A stretch of DNA of 64,000 bases from Myxococcota bacterium (GCA_965140415.1 OZ223209.1:4231928-4295927); one strand, 5' to 3'. Counted from the stretch's first letter, positions 10,856 to 21,008 are shown. Program-made: numbers and translations. Notes: generated by a model from the letters alone, not told the origin.

Positions 10856-12232
10856 ATGAAAACGATAATCGAACCGTTTCGAATCAAGGTGGTTGAACCT
10901 CTGGCTTTTACCACAGCCGAGCAGCGGCACGAGATTCTGAAAAACGCTCACTACAACGTTTTTCTGATCAAATCCAAAGACGTCATGATCGACCTGCTGA
11001 CCGACTCCGGCACCTCCGCCATGAGTTCCGAGCAGTGGGCTGCGATGATGCGCGGCGACGAATCCTATGCAGGCAGCCCCAGCTTTTTCCGCTTTGAAGA
11101 GGCCGTACAGGATATTTTCGGCTTCAAGCACGTCATCCCCACTCATCAGGGGCGCGCTGCCGAACGCATCCTGTTTTCCGTCATCGGCGGTGAAGGCACG
11201 GTCATTCCGAACAATACCCATTTTGACACCACCCGCGCCAACATCGAATTCACAGGTGCGGACCCGGTGGATCTGGTAATCGAAGAAGGCAAACATCCGG
11301 ACGTGCAGCATCCTTTCAAGGGCAACGTCGATATCGACAAGCTCAAAGAGTTGGTAAACAAACTCGGCAAGGAACGCATCCCGGTCGGCATGGTTACGAT
11401 TACCAACAATTCCGGCGGCGGCCAGCCGGTATCGATGGAGAATATCCGCCAGGTCTCCGAAGTGTTGCACGAAGCGGGAATTCCCCTGATCATCGACGCT
11501 TGCCGCTTCGCCGAAAACGCCTACTTCATCAAGAAGCGCGAACCCGGCTACGAAGACAAACCGGTCAAGGAAATCGCTCAGGAAATCTTCTCCTATGCGG
11601 ATGGCTGCACCATGAGCGCCAAGAAAGACGCCCTGGTCAATATTGGTGGATTCATCGCCTTAAACGATGACGAACTCGCCTTAAAATGCCGCAATCTGTT
11701 GATTCTTACGGAAGGCTTTCCAACCTATGGCGGTCTCGCGGGACGCGACCTGGAAGCCATCGCGGTCGGTTTGAACGAAGTGTTGGACGAGCGCTACCTG
11801 GACTACCGAATTGCCAGCATCGCCTATTTCGCTCGCGAGTTGCGCAAAGGCGGCGTGAAAATCGTCGAACCGCCCGGAGGTCACGCCATTTTCCTGGATG
11901 CGCGTCAGTTCCTGCCGCATATCCCTCTAGAGCAATTCCCCGCCTGGGCGTTAGCGAATGCGCTGTACGAATATGCGGGAATTCGAGGGGTCGAAATCGG
12001 ATCGGTCATGTTCGGTAAAACCGATCCGGAAACAGGCAAGGAAATCCCTTCCACCATGGACCTGGTGCGTTTGACCATTCCTCGTCGCGTCTATACGCAG
12101 AGTCATGTCGATTACATGGCCGAAGCCATCCTGGAACTCTACCAACAGCGCGAAAGCATCAAGGGTGTCCGTATCACCTGGCAACCGCCCATGCTGCGCC
12201 ACTTCTCCTCTCATTTCGAACCGGTAGAGTAA
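10856..12232 (+). CDS. Tryptophanase / tyrosine phenol-lyase family PLP-dependent beta-eliminating lyase
   Basis: Strong similarity to TnaA/TPL throughout (DLLTDSGTSAMS, PTHQGRAAE, the SAKKDALVNIGG PLP-lysine region, EGFPTYGGLAGRD). Start trimmed to ATG 10856, which has an AAGGAG ribosome-binding site. Confidence 0.8.
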   Translation: MKTIIEPFRIKVVEPLAFTTAEQRHEILKNAHYNVFLIKSKDVMIDLLTDSGTSAMSSEQWAAMMRGDESYAGSPSFFRFEEAVQDIFGFKHVIPTHQGRAAERILFSVIGGEGTVIPNNTHFDTTRANIEFTGADPVDLVIEEGKHPDVQHPFKGNVDIDKLKELVNKLGKERIPVGMVTITNNSGGGQPVSMENIRQVSEVLHEAGIPLIIDACRFAENAYFIKKREPGYEDKPVKEIAQEIFSYADGCTMSAKKDALVNIGGFIALNDDELALKCRNLLILTEGFPTYGGLAGRDLEAIAVGLNEVLDERYLDYRIASIAYFARELRKGGVKIVEPPGGHAIFLDARQFLPHIPLEQFPAWALANALYEYAGIRGVEIGSVMFGKTDPETGKEIPSTMDLVRLTIPRRVYTQSHVDYMAEAILELYQQRESIKGVRITWQPPMLRHFSSHFEPVE

Positions 12233-12261
12233 ATATCCCGATAAATGTCACGCATTGCCAA

Positions 12262-12288
12262 CCGGCGGAGTTTTCCGCCGGTTTTTTC
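12262..12288 (+). terminator. Rho-independent terminator after the tryptophanase-like gene
   Basis: The hairpin ccggcggag-tttt-ccgccgg is followed by TTTTTT. Confidence 0.6.
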
Positions 12289-12477
12289 GTTCATCAGCAC
12301 ATTTCACAACTTACCTGTTGCAACGATCAGCCTCTTCATACTCATCCGATGGAAATGAATCCATACTGACCGATTCTTCCGGAATATTTTGCCTTTGCAC
12401 ATTACCTAACCCATGGTCGGCTTCATATTGGCCCGACATTCACGCGGTCGCTGTTTTATCGTCGAAGAGGAAACATC

Positions 12478-13290
12478 ATGTCCTACAAGGTTTTGGATAT
12501 TTACAAGGATCTGCCGAAAACCAACTGCAAGGATTGCGGCCTGTCCGGCTGTTTCCCGTTCGCAACCGCCGTATACTTGCAGGAAGCTCAACTCGACGCC
12601 TGCCCGCATCTGGGAGAAAATTTCTCGATCATGCAGGCCAAATTGGCGGAAAGCCGCGATACCGGCAACGGCGTACGACCACCGAACTCGACCCAGGCTT
12701 TGAATTACCTGCTTACCGTCATGGAAACGCTGGACTTCGAACGGCAGGCAACACTGGCCGGATTTGAATACGATTCCACCAAGGAAGAGGCCCGATTGAC
12801 CTTTTTCGGTCGTCCCATTTCGATCTCACGAACGAAAGTCCAGGCATTGGATGGAAGCGACTTGCCGATCTGGGCTCACGTCTTTCTATTCATCCACCTG
12901 ATCCAGACCAAAGGAACCCCCGCAAAAGGCGAATGGGTCGCGTTTAAGGAGCTACCAAATACCATCAGTAAAACCCAGTCTTTCGACGATCACCTGGACA
13001 GGCTGTGTCGGCATTTCGAGAACGATCTGGAACGCCTGCAACAGGCCTCCCATGCCCTTGGAGGCAAGCCGGAAGATCATGGTTCGGCGGATTTCAGCTA
13101 TCGATTCCATGCGTTACCCCATATCGACACCGTACTCCTCTACAGAAAAGGCGATGAGGATTTCGAACCCCACGCATCACTGCTGCTCGACCGGGGCGTG
13201 CTGAACCACCTGGATCAGGAAGCGGCGGTCTTTTTAGCGGAAACTCAGGTCGACTTACTGATCGACTACAGCAAGCAAACTTCCAACTAG
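12478..13290 (+). CDS. Putative Fe-S protein. Its N-terminal 4Fe-4S domain is of the corrinoid Fe-S protein (AcsC/CdhE) / DUF3786 type.
   Basis: The N-terminus LDIYKDLPKTNCKDCGLSGCFPFA...DACPH matches the CX2CX4C...C cluster domain of the CFeSP large subunit N-terminus and DUF3786 proteins. The rest of the protein is unassigned. Confidence 0.5.
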   Translation: MSYKVLDIYKDLPKTNCKDCGLSGCFPFATAVYLQEAQLDACPHLGENFSIMQAKLAESRDTGNGVRPPNSTQALNYLLTVMETLDFERQATLAGFEYDSTKEEARLTFFGRPISISRTKVQALDGSDLPIWAHVFLFIHLIQTKGTPAKGEWVAFKELPNTISKTQSFDDHLDRLCRHFENDLERLQQASHALGGKPEDHGSADFSYRFHALPHIDTVLLYRKGDEDFEPHASLLLDRGVLNHLDQEAAVFLAETQVDLLIDYSKQTSN

Positions 13291-13431
13291 GTACATCCGG
13301 TTTTGAACAAAAAACAGAGAATCTTCCCATCAGGTGAGCTTGACCTGAACAAAATAGCGCGGTACTCTTAGCGTCAGCTATGTACTCTGACGATTTCAGG
13401 TCGGAAACCGCTCATTCTCAGGAGATTAGTA

Positions 13432-14943
13432 ATGCGAAACGTTCCACTGCTCTTTCACTCTATACCTTTAACTTCTTCAGCTCACCCACACCGTTCGCGT
13501 TTTTGGGGCGCGATACTGCTATCGCTGCTCTTCATCATTGCGCTTTCCGCCTGTGGCTCGGATGACGATGACGGCCTACAGGGAGACAGCGACTGGGAAT
13601 CGATCGGCGACGGCGACAGCGATAGCATCGAAGCCGAGGCCGAAGCCGCTATCGAACCAACCTCATTCTGGGTAGGTTACGGTGAACGGGATATCACCCC
13701 GCCGGATGGAACCGTCATGGGGGCCTTCGGTGCGCCGGGCGGCGCTCGCGTCACAGAGGGCGTTCACGATCCTCTGATGGTTCAGGTGGCTTTCTTCACA
13801 AACGACGCTAAACAAGCCATGTTCATCATCAGCATCGATTCCGCCGGTTATTCCTACGAGTTCGGCGACTGGGGACCGGGCGTCAAGGTGCTGCGCGAAC
13901 GCATCGCAGAGGCGGTTGCCGACGACATCAAAATCGATCCGCATAACATCATGCTTGGCAGCAGCCACAGCCACTCGTCTACCGATCTGGTCGGTTTCTG
14001 GCAACCGGTCGGTGAAGGCGTACCGCTGGACATCTTGAACGACGTACTGGAGAAAACTGTCGCCGCCAGTGTCGATGCCGTCAACAATCAGCAACCTGCG
14101 GAACTGTTCTACGCCCATACCGAACTGGTCGGTCATTCAGGTCGCGATGCAGATTGCAGCCCGGTTATCGACAATTCCGTCAATATCCTGCAACCGCGAA
14201 CGCTGGACGGCGAACCGATCGTCACCATCACCAATTACGCCAAGCATCCAACAGCGCTGGGTTCCGGAAACAAGCTCGCCTCTGCGGACTGGATTTGGGG
14301 CTATCGCGAGGAAATGAAGTTGCGTACGGGAGTCAGCGGCATGTTTTTACAGGGCGAAATCGCCGCCGTCCATAGCGGACCGCTGTCCGGCACGGTTCCC
14401 GGAGATGATGCCTGGGAACGCGCATACAACATCGGTTCCATCCTTGCCGATTCGGTTATGGAAGCGTTGGGAGAAGCGGAAGTAAGCGACGAGTACGACA
14501 TTCGCCATCGCTGGGCCAACTTCAGTTGCGAAACGGTCGATTCGATCATGAAGGATGTTTACACCATGCTCGATATGCCCAAGCGCAACATCACACTTAC
14601 CGCTGACAACCGTTACATCGTTGAAGAAATGGAAACGAGCTGGCATAAGCTGGGTATCGCCGAATTCGGTTGTCTACCAGGAGAAGGCTCCCCTGAATAC
14701 TCGATTTTCCTGCGCGAGCGGATGATCAGTCCCTACAAATTCACCGTCGGTCTGTGCAACGACGAAATCGGCTACATCGTCGAGCCGGAGTCATTGGCCA
14801 ACGACACTTCCGGACAACTGGAAGGCTACGAGTCGAAAATGGGAGTCGGCATGAAATCCGGTCCTGCGATGTGGGAAGCGCTCGAATCGCTGAACTGTTT
14901 CAATGGTGCATGGCAAGACACGGTCTTCACTCCCAACCCATAA
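13432..14943 (+). CDS. Lipoprotein, neutral/alkaline ceramidase-like hydrolase family
   Basis: The signal peptide has an LSAC lipobox and is followed by an acidic linker. The N-terminal block DITPPDGTVMGAFG...GVHDPL resembles the neutral ceramidase N-terminal domain. GGAG ribosome-binding site upstream. Confidence 0.5.
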   Translation: MRNVPLLFHSIPLTSSAHPHRSRFWGAILLSLLFIIALSACGSDDDDGLQGDSDWESIGDGDSDSIEAEAEAAIEPTSFWVGYGERDITPPDGTVMGAFGAPGGARVTEGVHDPLMVQVAFFTNDAKQAMFIISIDSAGYSYEFGDWGPGVKVLRERIAEAVADDIKIDPHNIMLGSSHSHSSTDLVGFWQPVGEGVPLDILNDVLEKTVAASVDAVNNQQPAELFYAHTELVGHSGRDADCSPVIDNSVNILQPRTLDGEPIVTITNYAKHPTALGSGNKLASADWIWGYREEMKLRTGVSGMFLQGEIAAVHSGPLSGTVPGDDAWERAYNIGSILADSVMEALGEAEVSDEYDIRHRWANFSCETVDSIMKDVYTMLDMPKRNITLTADNRYIVEEMETSWHKLGIAEFGCLPGEGSPEYSIFLRERMISPYKFTVGLCNDEIGYIVEPESLANDTSGQLEGYESKMGVGMKSGPAMWEALESLNCFNGAWQDTVFTPNP

Positions 14944-14997
14944 AAGGAAAATGCCACAGCGGAAAACCCGACGCGGCAAGCAACTGTGAAATCCTCA

Positions 14998-15036
14998 TGC
15001 GGCCCACCTGTCACATCAGGCGGGCCGTTTCTTTTG
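14998..15036 (+). terminator. Rho-independent terminator
   Basis: The hairpin gcggcccacctg...caggcgggccg is followed by TTTCTTTTG. It lies in the convergent intergenic region. Confidence 0.55.
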
Positions 15037-15287
15037 AGTAAGTATTACTCATTCCTGTCCATCGAGCAATCAGGATGTGGCATGGTCTCACGGAATGGAA
15101 ATTCCGGGAGGCCGTGTGTAACCACAAGAAAACACGTAGCCTTGACGGCTGCGCGCGCCTCGGTACAAGCCACAGATGATGCGTGGCAGGTGGCGGAAGG
15201 CGGAAGGGAAGCCCTTCTTTGATGGTGGGCCTTGTGGATTTTCGCCGGTCCGTTCTACTCCCCGATTTTGGGATTAGAACCTATTTT

Positions 15288-17210
15288 TTAATACTTAGTC
15301 ACCAGAATGCTGTAATCCCCAAGGGCGCTGGTCATTTCCACGGCGAAATAATAATTCCCGGCGTTGGGTGCGGTTATGGTCAATTCCTCATCACCGGTAA
15401 ACAGCACCGTCCCCGCCGCAGCCTGACAGAACGTGAAATTGTTCCCGCATTGATCGCGCACGGTGAGATAAGGATCGAACATCACACCGAAATCGGTATT
15501 GACTTCGATCTTGAACGTATCCCCTGCCTCCGCCGTAACCTGATACACACGCTCGTAGGCTCCGTCTTGCGGAGTTACGGGGCCCATTTGCTGGCATCCG
15601 GTCGTCGACAAGCTATTGCCGGCGCCGAACATCAACCAGACGTGATAAAACGGGAACGAATCAATCACGATGGGATCGGAGCAGGTACCGCTATAGGTGT
15701 CGTAGTTGTCGCACTTGCACTTGAAGCGGTTGTTCGAAGAATCGTTGGAATCGGTATACCAGCCGCATTCGTCCAGATAAGGATAGCCCTCTTCCTCGCA
15801 ATATTCGGCGCAATCCACGATTTCGGCCTGGTCATTGTCATTACAGGCGCAGAGGAAATCCGTACTGTTGATGCAGAACTGGGAATCGGGATAGGTACAG
15901 GAACCCGAGCATAAGCTGCTGCCGGGCCAGCAACGCCCGGTGCTGTTATTGCAATCGAAGCCGGTATCACAGCCATCGACCAGGCAATGCCCACTACCCG
16001 GCTCGCACAGTCCACTCTGGCTGTCGCAGGCATACAAGTCATCGCAGCCGGTGTTTTGGCAATGCGTACTGTCCGGATCGCATAAGCCGGTTTCCTGATT
16101 GCATTCAAAACGCACGGGGCATCCCAACGTGGCACAATGATTCGAGGCAGGCTCGCACAACCCCGAAACCGTGTTACAGTCGAAACGCGGTGCGCAACCG
16201 GCATTGCTGCAATGATCGATATCCGGAATGCACAAGCCGCTTTGCTCCTCGCAGGCGTAGCGATCGTCGCACAGCGTGTTCAGGCAATGCTCCGCAGAAG
16301 GATCGCAAACGCCGGTTTGATCGTTGCAATCAAAACGGTCCGGGCAACCGGTTTCGCTGCAATTGTCGGATGACGGCTCGCACAGACCGGAGAGTTCGTT
16401 GCATTCGAAGAACGCCGAGCAGGGATCGTTTAGACAATGGTCCGAACCGGGACCGCATAATCCGGTAGTTTCCACACAGCTATAGCGATCCTGACAACCG
16501 GTGTTCGAGCAATGCTCCGCATCGGGGTCGCAGATTCCGGTTTGTTCGTTACATTGAAAACGCTCACCACATCCGGTGTTCAGGCAATGATCTTCGATCA
16601 GTTCACAGGTTCCTTTTTCCTCATCGCAGGCGGAACCCGCATCACAGCCGGTAGTCAGACAATGGGTGTCATCCGGCTCGCAATGACCGTTATCGGTATT
16701 GCACTCATAGTGATCGTCGCATTCGGCAATCAGGCAATCCTCAATAACCAGATCGCCGTCCGTCTCCCCGTCGCCATCCGTTGTCGGAAGCTTGCAACAA
16801 CCGTAGGAACAGACGTAGCCGTCGAATCCTTTGGCCGGACAATCCGAATGCATGCTACAAGTCTGATCATCCGGACACACCGTATTCTGGTTGCCGGAAG
16901 AATCGCCATCGGAATCACCATCCGACGCGAATTCTTCGCAATAGCCGGTGTTTGTATTGCAATACTGCAACGGTGGGCAATCCATATTGGAGGTGCAGGC
17001 CACCGCCACGACCGCAGGCGCTTTGCAGAAATAATCCACACAGGTCTCCCCGGCAGCCGTGTTGCAGTCGTTATCGGTAAAACAGGCAACGGCATCGCCA
17101 TCCACCGGATCGTTATTCTGATCCGTCTCCGAATCGCGGCAGGCGCTCAACAGACCAAACAGAACAACAAGAGCCAATCCAACCATCCATACTTTCGATC
17201 GGGACATCAC
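15288..17210 (-). CDS. Cys-rich tandem-repeat lipoprotein with a C-terminal PPC (pre-peptidase C-terminal)-like beta-sandwich domain
   Basis: The signal peptide has an LSAC lipobox. About 12 tandem copies of a ~22-aa motif HC-x-NTGC-x-DRF-x-CN-x2-TG-x-C-x-P follow. The C-terminal region (FKIEVNTDFG...YYFAVEMTSALGDYSILV) is PPC-like. Confidence 0.6.
   Translation of the reverse strand: MMSRSKVWMVGLALVVLFGLLSACRDSETDQNNDPVDGDAVACFTDNDCNTAAGETCVDYFCKAPAVVAVACTSNMDCPPLQYCNTNTGYCEEFASDGDSDGDSSGNQNTVCPDDQTCSMHSDCPAKGFDGYVCSYGCCKLPTTDGDGETDGDLVIEDCLIAECDDHYECNTDNGHCEPDDTHCLTTGCDAGSACDEEKGTCELIEDHCLNTGCGERFQCNEQTGICDPDAEHCSNTGCQDRYSCVETTGLCGPGSDHCLNDPCSAFFECNELSGLCEPSSDNCSETGCPDRFDCNDQTGVCDPSAEHCLNTLCDDRYACEEQSGLCIPDIDHCSNAGCAPRFDCNTVSGLCEPASNHCATLGCPVRFECNQETGLCDPDSTHCQNTGCDDLYACDSQSGLCEPGSGHCLVDGCDTGFDCNNSTGRCWPGSSLCSGSCTYPDSQFCINSTDFLCACNDNDQAEIVDCAEYCEEEGYPYLDECGWYTDSNDSSNNRFKCKCDNYDTYSGTCSDPIVIDSFPFYHVWLMFGAGNSLSTTGCQQMGPVTPQDGAYERVYQVTAEAGDTFKIEVNTDFGVMFDPYLTVRDQCGNNFTFCQAAAGTVLFTGDEELTITAPNAGNYYFAVEMTSALGDYSILVTKY
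15920..16650. repeat. Tandem ~66-bp coding repeats (the Cys-rich 22-aa units)
   Basis: The repeated peptide units (DHCLNTGC..., EHCSNTGC..., DHCSNAGC...) are visible in the ORF translation. The nucleotide periodicity is imperfect. Confidence 0.5.
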
Positions 17211-17417
17211 TACTTCCTTTTCAAACTGGCGCTAAACATGAACTCCTTATACTACAAACAGGACGTAAATGAAAACAAGCGAAAAATTAACTCCAGTCAA
17301 ATTTACAGCATGCTTCTCGAAGGGCTTCTACTCCCATAAATTGAATGTAATATAGTGATTGATGTGCTATGCTACTGCCCCAGAGCATCGGAGGCATTCA
17401 ATTTTGGAGGTGCGCTC

Positions 17418-18437
17418 ATGCGCAAATCTTTTATTCTTCTTCTTCTTCTCCTTTTCCTTTTTTCCATTTCGCTGGTCACATCGACCGGCTGTAACCGTTT
17501 GATCAAAGATGATGATGTATATGCCGGCGATCCCGACCTGGAAGCGGAAACGGAAGCGGATTCCGATTCCACAGATGGCGACGAAGACGTTCCTGTCGTC
17601 GTAATCGATGGCGATGAAGAACATCAACTCGTGCGCATCGCCACCTACAACGTGCGCCGCTTCTTCGATACCGTTTGCGACAGCGGCTCCTGCGGCTACA
17701 ACGAATACGAGCCCAATGTCTCCCAGCAACAGTTCGATAACAAGGCGGATTCTATTGAGTCTTCGATCGAGCGCATCGGAGCGGATATTCTGTTGTTGCA
17801 GGAAATCGAAACGGAAACCTGTTTGAATGCCCTTACGCAACGCCTTGGTGACCGCTACCCGGTAGCGTATCTTGGCGAAACCGGATACAACGCCTCGGTG
17901 GATGTCGCCGTTTTGGCCAAAGGGGAATTGCTGAACGTTTATACGCATCGCGAACAGCCGCTAGTTACCGATGGCACGGAAACGCTCTACTTCTCGCGGG
18001 AATTTCCAGAAATTCACCTGGCATTGTATGGCAAACGAGTAATCGTCTTTCCTGCTCATTTCAAATCCAAAAGCAGCGACGATCCCCAACGACGGCTTGC
18101 AGAAGCGCGCACGGCAGAGCAGATCGTCAGCGACGTGGCGGCCAGTCATACAAGCTCCCTGGTTGTCATGGGTGGAGACTTGAATGACACTCCCGGTTCC
18201 GATCCATTAAACGCATTGGAAGCAGGGGGAAAGCTGCTGCGCGTCGCCTCCGATCTGCTTACAGGCGAAGATGCCACCTATTACTACGATGGGCCGATCG
18301 CCCTGGATCATCTCTATCTGGCAACGGAAGCCGGGGGCGCTTACGTCTCTAAAAGCGCATACGTCGTATCGGATGATTACTACTCGCTGGGGGATTCGGA
18401 TCACGCCGCCTTGCGGGCGGATTTCTTACTTCCGTAA
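17418..18437 (+). CDS. Endonuclease/exonuclease/phosphatase (EEP) family lipoprotein
   Basis: Signal peptide plus lipobox (LVTSTGC). EEP motifs are present (IATYNVRRFFD, ILLLQEIE, the GGDLNDTPGS region, C-terminal SDH). Start trimmed to ATG 17418, which has a GGAGG ribosome-binding site. Confidence 0.7.
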   Translation: MRKSFILLLLLLFLFSISLVTSTGCNRLIKDDDVYAGDPDLEAETEADSDSTDGDEDVPVVVIDGDEEHQLVRIATYNVRRFFDTVCDSGSCGYNEYEPNVSQQQFDNKADSIESSIERIGADILLLQEIETETCLNALTQRLGDRYPVAYLGETGYNASVDVAVLAKGELLNVYTHREQPLVTDGTETLYFSREFPEIHLALYGKRVIVFPAHFKSKSSDDPQRRLAEARTAEQIVSDVAASHTSSLVVMGGDLNDTPGSDPLNALEAGGKLLRVASDLLTGEDATYYYDGPIALDHLYLATEAGGAYVSKSAYVVSDDYYSLGDSDHAALRADFLLP

Positions 18438-18585
18438 AAAGAGAAAAACCTGTCTTTTATATAAGTGCTTATTTGACTTCTGTATTCTTCTTTGAAGCGG
18501 CGAGGTGTAAACCCGCCGAAAAACATCGAAGTAACGGTGGGGTTACAACGAAAATCAACTGGCAAATTTGCTTAGTCAGTCTAAC

Positions 18586-20946
18586 TCAATTTCGTCCGAA
18601 TGAACGCAGGCTTAACGCCGCCACCGCATAGCAAATCGCGGCCAGAATCAACACCATCTGAAAACCGACGCCCATTGCCACTACAACCGCCAGAATCGAG
18701 GCGGTGACGGAACCGACGCCGTTCCAAGCCCAGTACATGCCCAGTTCCTGCTCGCCGCCATTGTTCAGCCTGCGAACCGCCTCGGGGAAGGCAACACCCA
18801 TCAATACGGCAGCCGGAGCGATCAACAGCACGGCAATGGCCATGCGGGCCACCGCAGGCCAGGCGATCAGCGCCCGCAAAAACGGCGTCCCGAACGCCGC
18901 CCACAGCAGCAGGTATCCAACTAGAATCAACAGCACGGTCGGCACGGAAACCACACTGCGAATGCGTTCCACCAATAGCGAACCCAACCCACTGAACACC
19001 AGCACGGTAAACATGACGATACTCAACGCATAGGCGGGATGACCCAGGAACAAGACCAGCCGCTGGGAGAACGTCACTTCCACCAGCATGAATCCCAGTC
19101 CGATGGCCAGGAAATACAGCCAGCCGCCCAGTTGCGGACGCCCTTTCTGGAAGCGGAAGGACAGCACAAGCAGAATCACAGACGCCAGCAGCATTTCCAT
19201 CAACAGCATGGCCAGAATCGTCTGACCGTCCAGGCCGTTGCCCCATCCGGTCAGGAAAGGCTGAAATTTGTAGAGGTTCTTCAGCTTGCGATGCTCGAAA
19301 AAGAAGGGGTTGTCATCCGTGGGTGCCGCGACATTGAACTCGTAGGCATCCAGCCAGCTCTTGCGATCCTTGGATTCCAGATAGCTGGCATAGGGAGCCG
19401 CAGCCGGAATATCCTTGCCCGCCTGATAAAGGTAGGCATAGTTTTTATTCTTCACTTGCCGGTCGATGCGCGCCAGCTGCGTCACTTTAAACGGGGTTTT
19501 CTTGATCAGGATTACGGTAAATTCACCGGAACGCACGAAAAGAATGTGCTTCGCGGGATCTTTCACACCCAGTTTGGTCAACGCGTCCACCGCCAGGGTA
19601 AACAGGCGCATCGAAAAACGCGGCGTACCGTCTTTGCTGGGCCAGTACCAACGGGTAAGCGTCAACACCCCTTCCGGGTTCAAATGCTCGAAATAAGACT
19701 GAATCGCCTCGCCGGTGTACAGAAAATTTTCGGACAGCGCAAACGCACCGGCCTGGGTAGCGCTGTAGGTATCCACGCCGGAAAGCTGTACGATATCGTA
19801 TTTGCGATTGCAGGACTCGACGAACCGACGCCCCTCGGCCAAGTGTCCATGGACGTTGGGCTGCGTATAAACATTGCCGGAATACGCAGCCAAAGGACCG
19901 TGAAGCGCTTCGAAAATGCCGGGATTGATTTCGACCGCATCCACATAGCTTGCCCGATTGCGCAACGCGCCCCGAATGTCCATGCCGCCGCCGGACCCGA
20001 TAATCAGCACCGAGGGTGTATCGAACAACGTGTACACCAGATACGCAGGCAGATAGTCGAGGAAGTCATAGTAACCGGCATCCGGCTTGTCTTTGATGAT
20101 GGTGGTGTAGGCCCAGTAATCGATCAGCACTGCCAGTCGTTCGGGATGAGGCCGGGAATACTTCGATGACAACCCCCAAAGCCCCACGCCGTAATTATGC
20201 CAGATGTAGTTTTCGATGATATCGACTTTGGACAGGCTGGTCCATTCCGTATAAACCAGGTTTTCCTCGCCACCGGCATAAGCGCTGGGTTTACTGAGCG
20301 GACTTTTCAGCGGGTACACGCTTTTCTGCAAGGGCAATGCCGCCAGCAGCAGAAGCGCCAAAAGCAGCGACGCCAGTGAAATCTTGCGCGCCATCGGCCA
20401 GCCGTACCAGAAACCGAGCAGAGGCAAAGCCGCGCTAAGCAGAATGAACGTACTCAGTCCACCACCCAGATCCAACAAACCGATCGCGACCAAACAGCCA
20501 AGACCGCTTCCCAGCAGGTTGGCGCCATATAGGCGGCGCACGTCACCCGGCCAGCGTTGCAACATATACAGAGTCGTCATCCCCATGAACACGAAAGGGA
20601 TCACCAGCGCAACCGAAGCCAATATCAACTTGGCGGCCTCGCTGAAATTCTCCGTAATCACCAACGGCTCAAGCGGATGATGCGTAATGATGCCCATCGC
20701 AACCGCCAGGGCCAATCCACTGGTGGAAACACCCAGCGCAATCAATCGATCCGGTTCGGCGCGTTGAATGCTAGTGCGGAAAATGCGCATCAGCACCCCG
20801 GCAAGCCCAAAGCCCAGCATGGATGTAGAAAGAATCAGGAATCCGTAATGATACCAGAAGATCACGCTGAAAATGCGCGTGATGGCGATTTCGCTGGCCA
20901 GCACGGCACAGGAAAACAGGGCTATGAGGATAATGCGTCGGTTCAT
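18586..20946 (-). CDS. Polytopic membrane protein fused to a spermidine-synthase-like (aminopropyltransferase-fold) domain
   Basis: There are two multi-TM hydrophobic blocks, one N-terminal and one C-terminal. The central Rossmann region VLIIGSGGGMDIRGA...VDAVEINPGI...YDIVQLSGVD matches the SpeE-like class I methyltransferase fold. Confidence 0.6.
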   Translation of the reverse strand: MNRRIILIALFSCAVLASEIAITRIFSVIFWYHYGFLILSTSMLGFGLAGVLMRIFRTSIQRAEPDRLIALGVSTSGLALAVAMGIITHHPLEPLVITENFSEAAKLILASVALVIPFVFMGMTTLYMLQRWPGDVRRLYGANLLGSGLGCLVAIGLLDLGGGLSTFILLSAALPLLGFWYGWPMARKISLASLLLALLLLAALPLQKSVYPLKSPLSKPSAYAGGEENLVYTEWTSLSKVDIIENYIWHNYGVGLWGLSSKYSRPHPERLAVLIDYWAYTTIIKDKPDAGYYDFLDYLPAYLVYTLFDTPSVLIIGSGGGMDIRGALRNRASYVDAVEINPGIFEALHGPLAAYSGNVYTQPNVHGHLAEGRRFVESCNRKYDIVQLSGVDTYSATQAGAFALSENFLYTGEAIQSYFEHLNPEGVLTLTRWYWPSKDGTPRFSMRLFTLAVDALTKLGVKDPAKHILFVRSGEFTVILIKKTPFKVTQLARIDRQVKNKNYAYLYQAGKDIPAAAPYASYLESKDRKSWLDAYEFNVAAPTDDNPFFFEHRKLKNLYKFQPFLTGWGNGLDGQTILAMLLMEMLLASVILLVLSFRFQKGRPQLGGWLYFLAIGLGFMLVEVTFSQRLVLFLGHPAYALSIVMFTVLVFSGLGSLLVERIRSVVSVPTVLLILVGYLLLWAAFGTPFLRALIAWPAVARMAIAVLLIAPAAVLMGVAFPEAVRRLNNGGEQELGMYWAWNGVGSVTASILAVVVAMGVGFQMVLILAAICYAVAALSLRSFGRN

Positions 20947-21008
20947 CGATTTTGTGACTTTCTTTCCATTCCAATCCTAGGGCCGCACCTGCCGCACCCG
21001 AAAGAAAC

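Noticed and set aside
18470-18540. Hairpin cggcg-aggtgtaaacc-cgccg between the convergent EEP and spermidine-synthase-like genes as a terminator
   Set aside because: No U-run follows on either strand (the A-run is on the wrong side), so it is not called as a Rho-independent terminator.
19039-20169. 376-aa plus-strand ORF inside the spermidine-synthase-like gene
   Set aside because: Antisense frame with His/Arg/Gln-rich nonsense composition. The sense frame has TM helices and a Rossmann motif.
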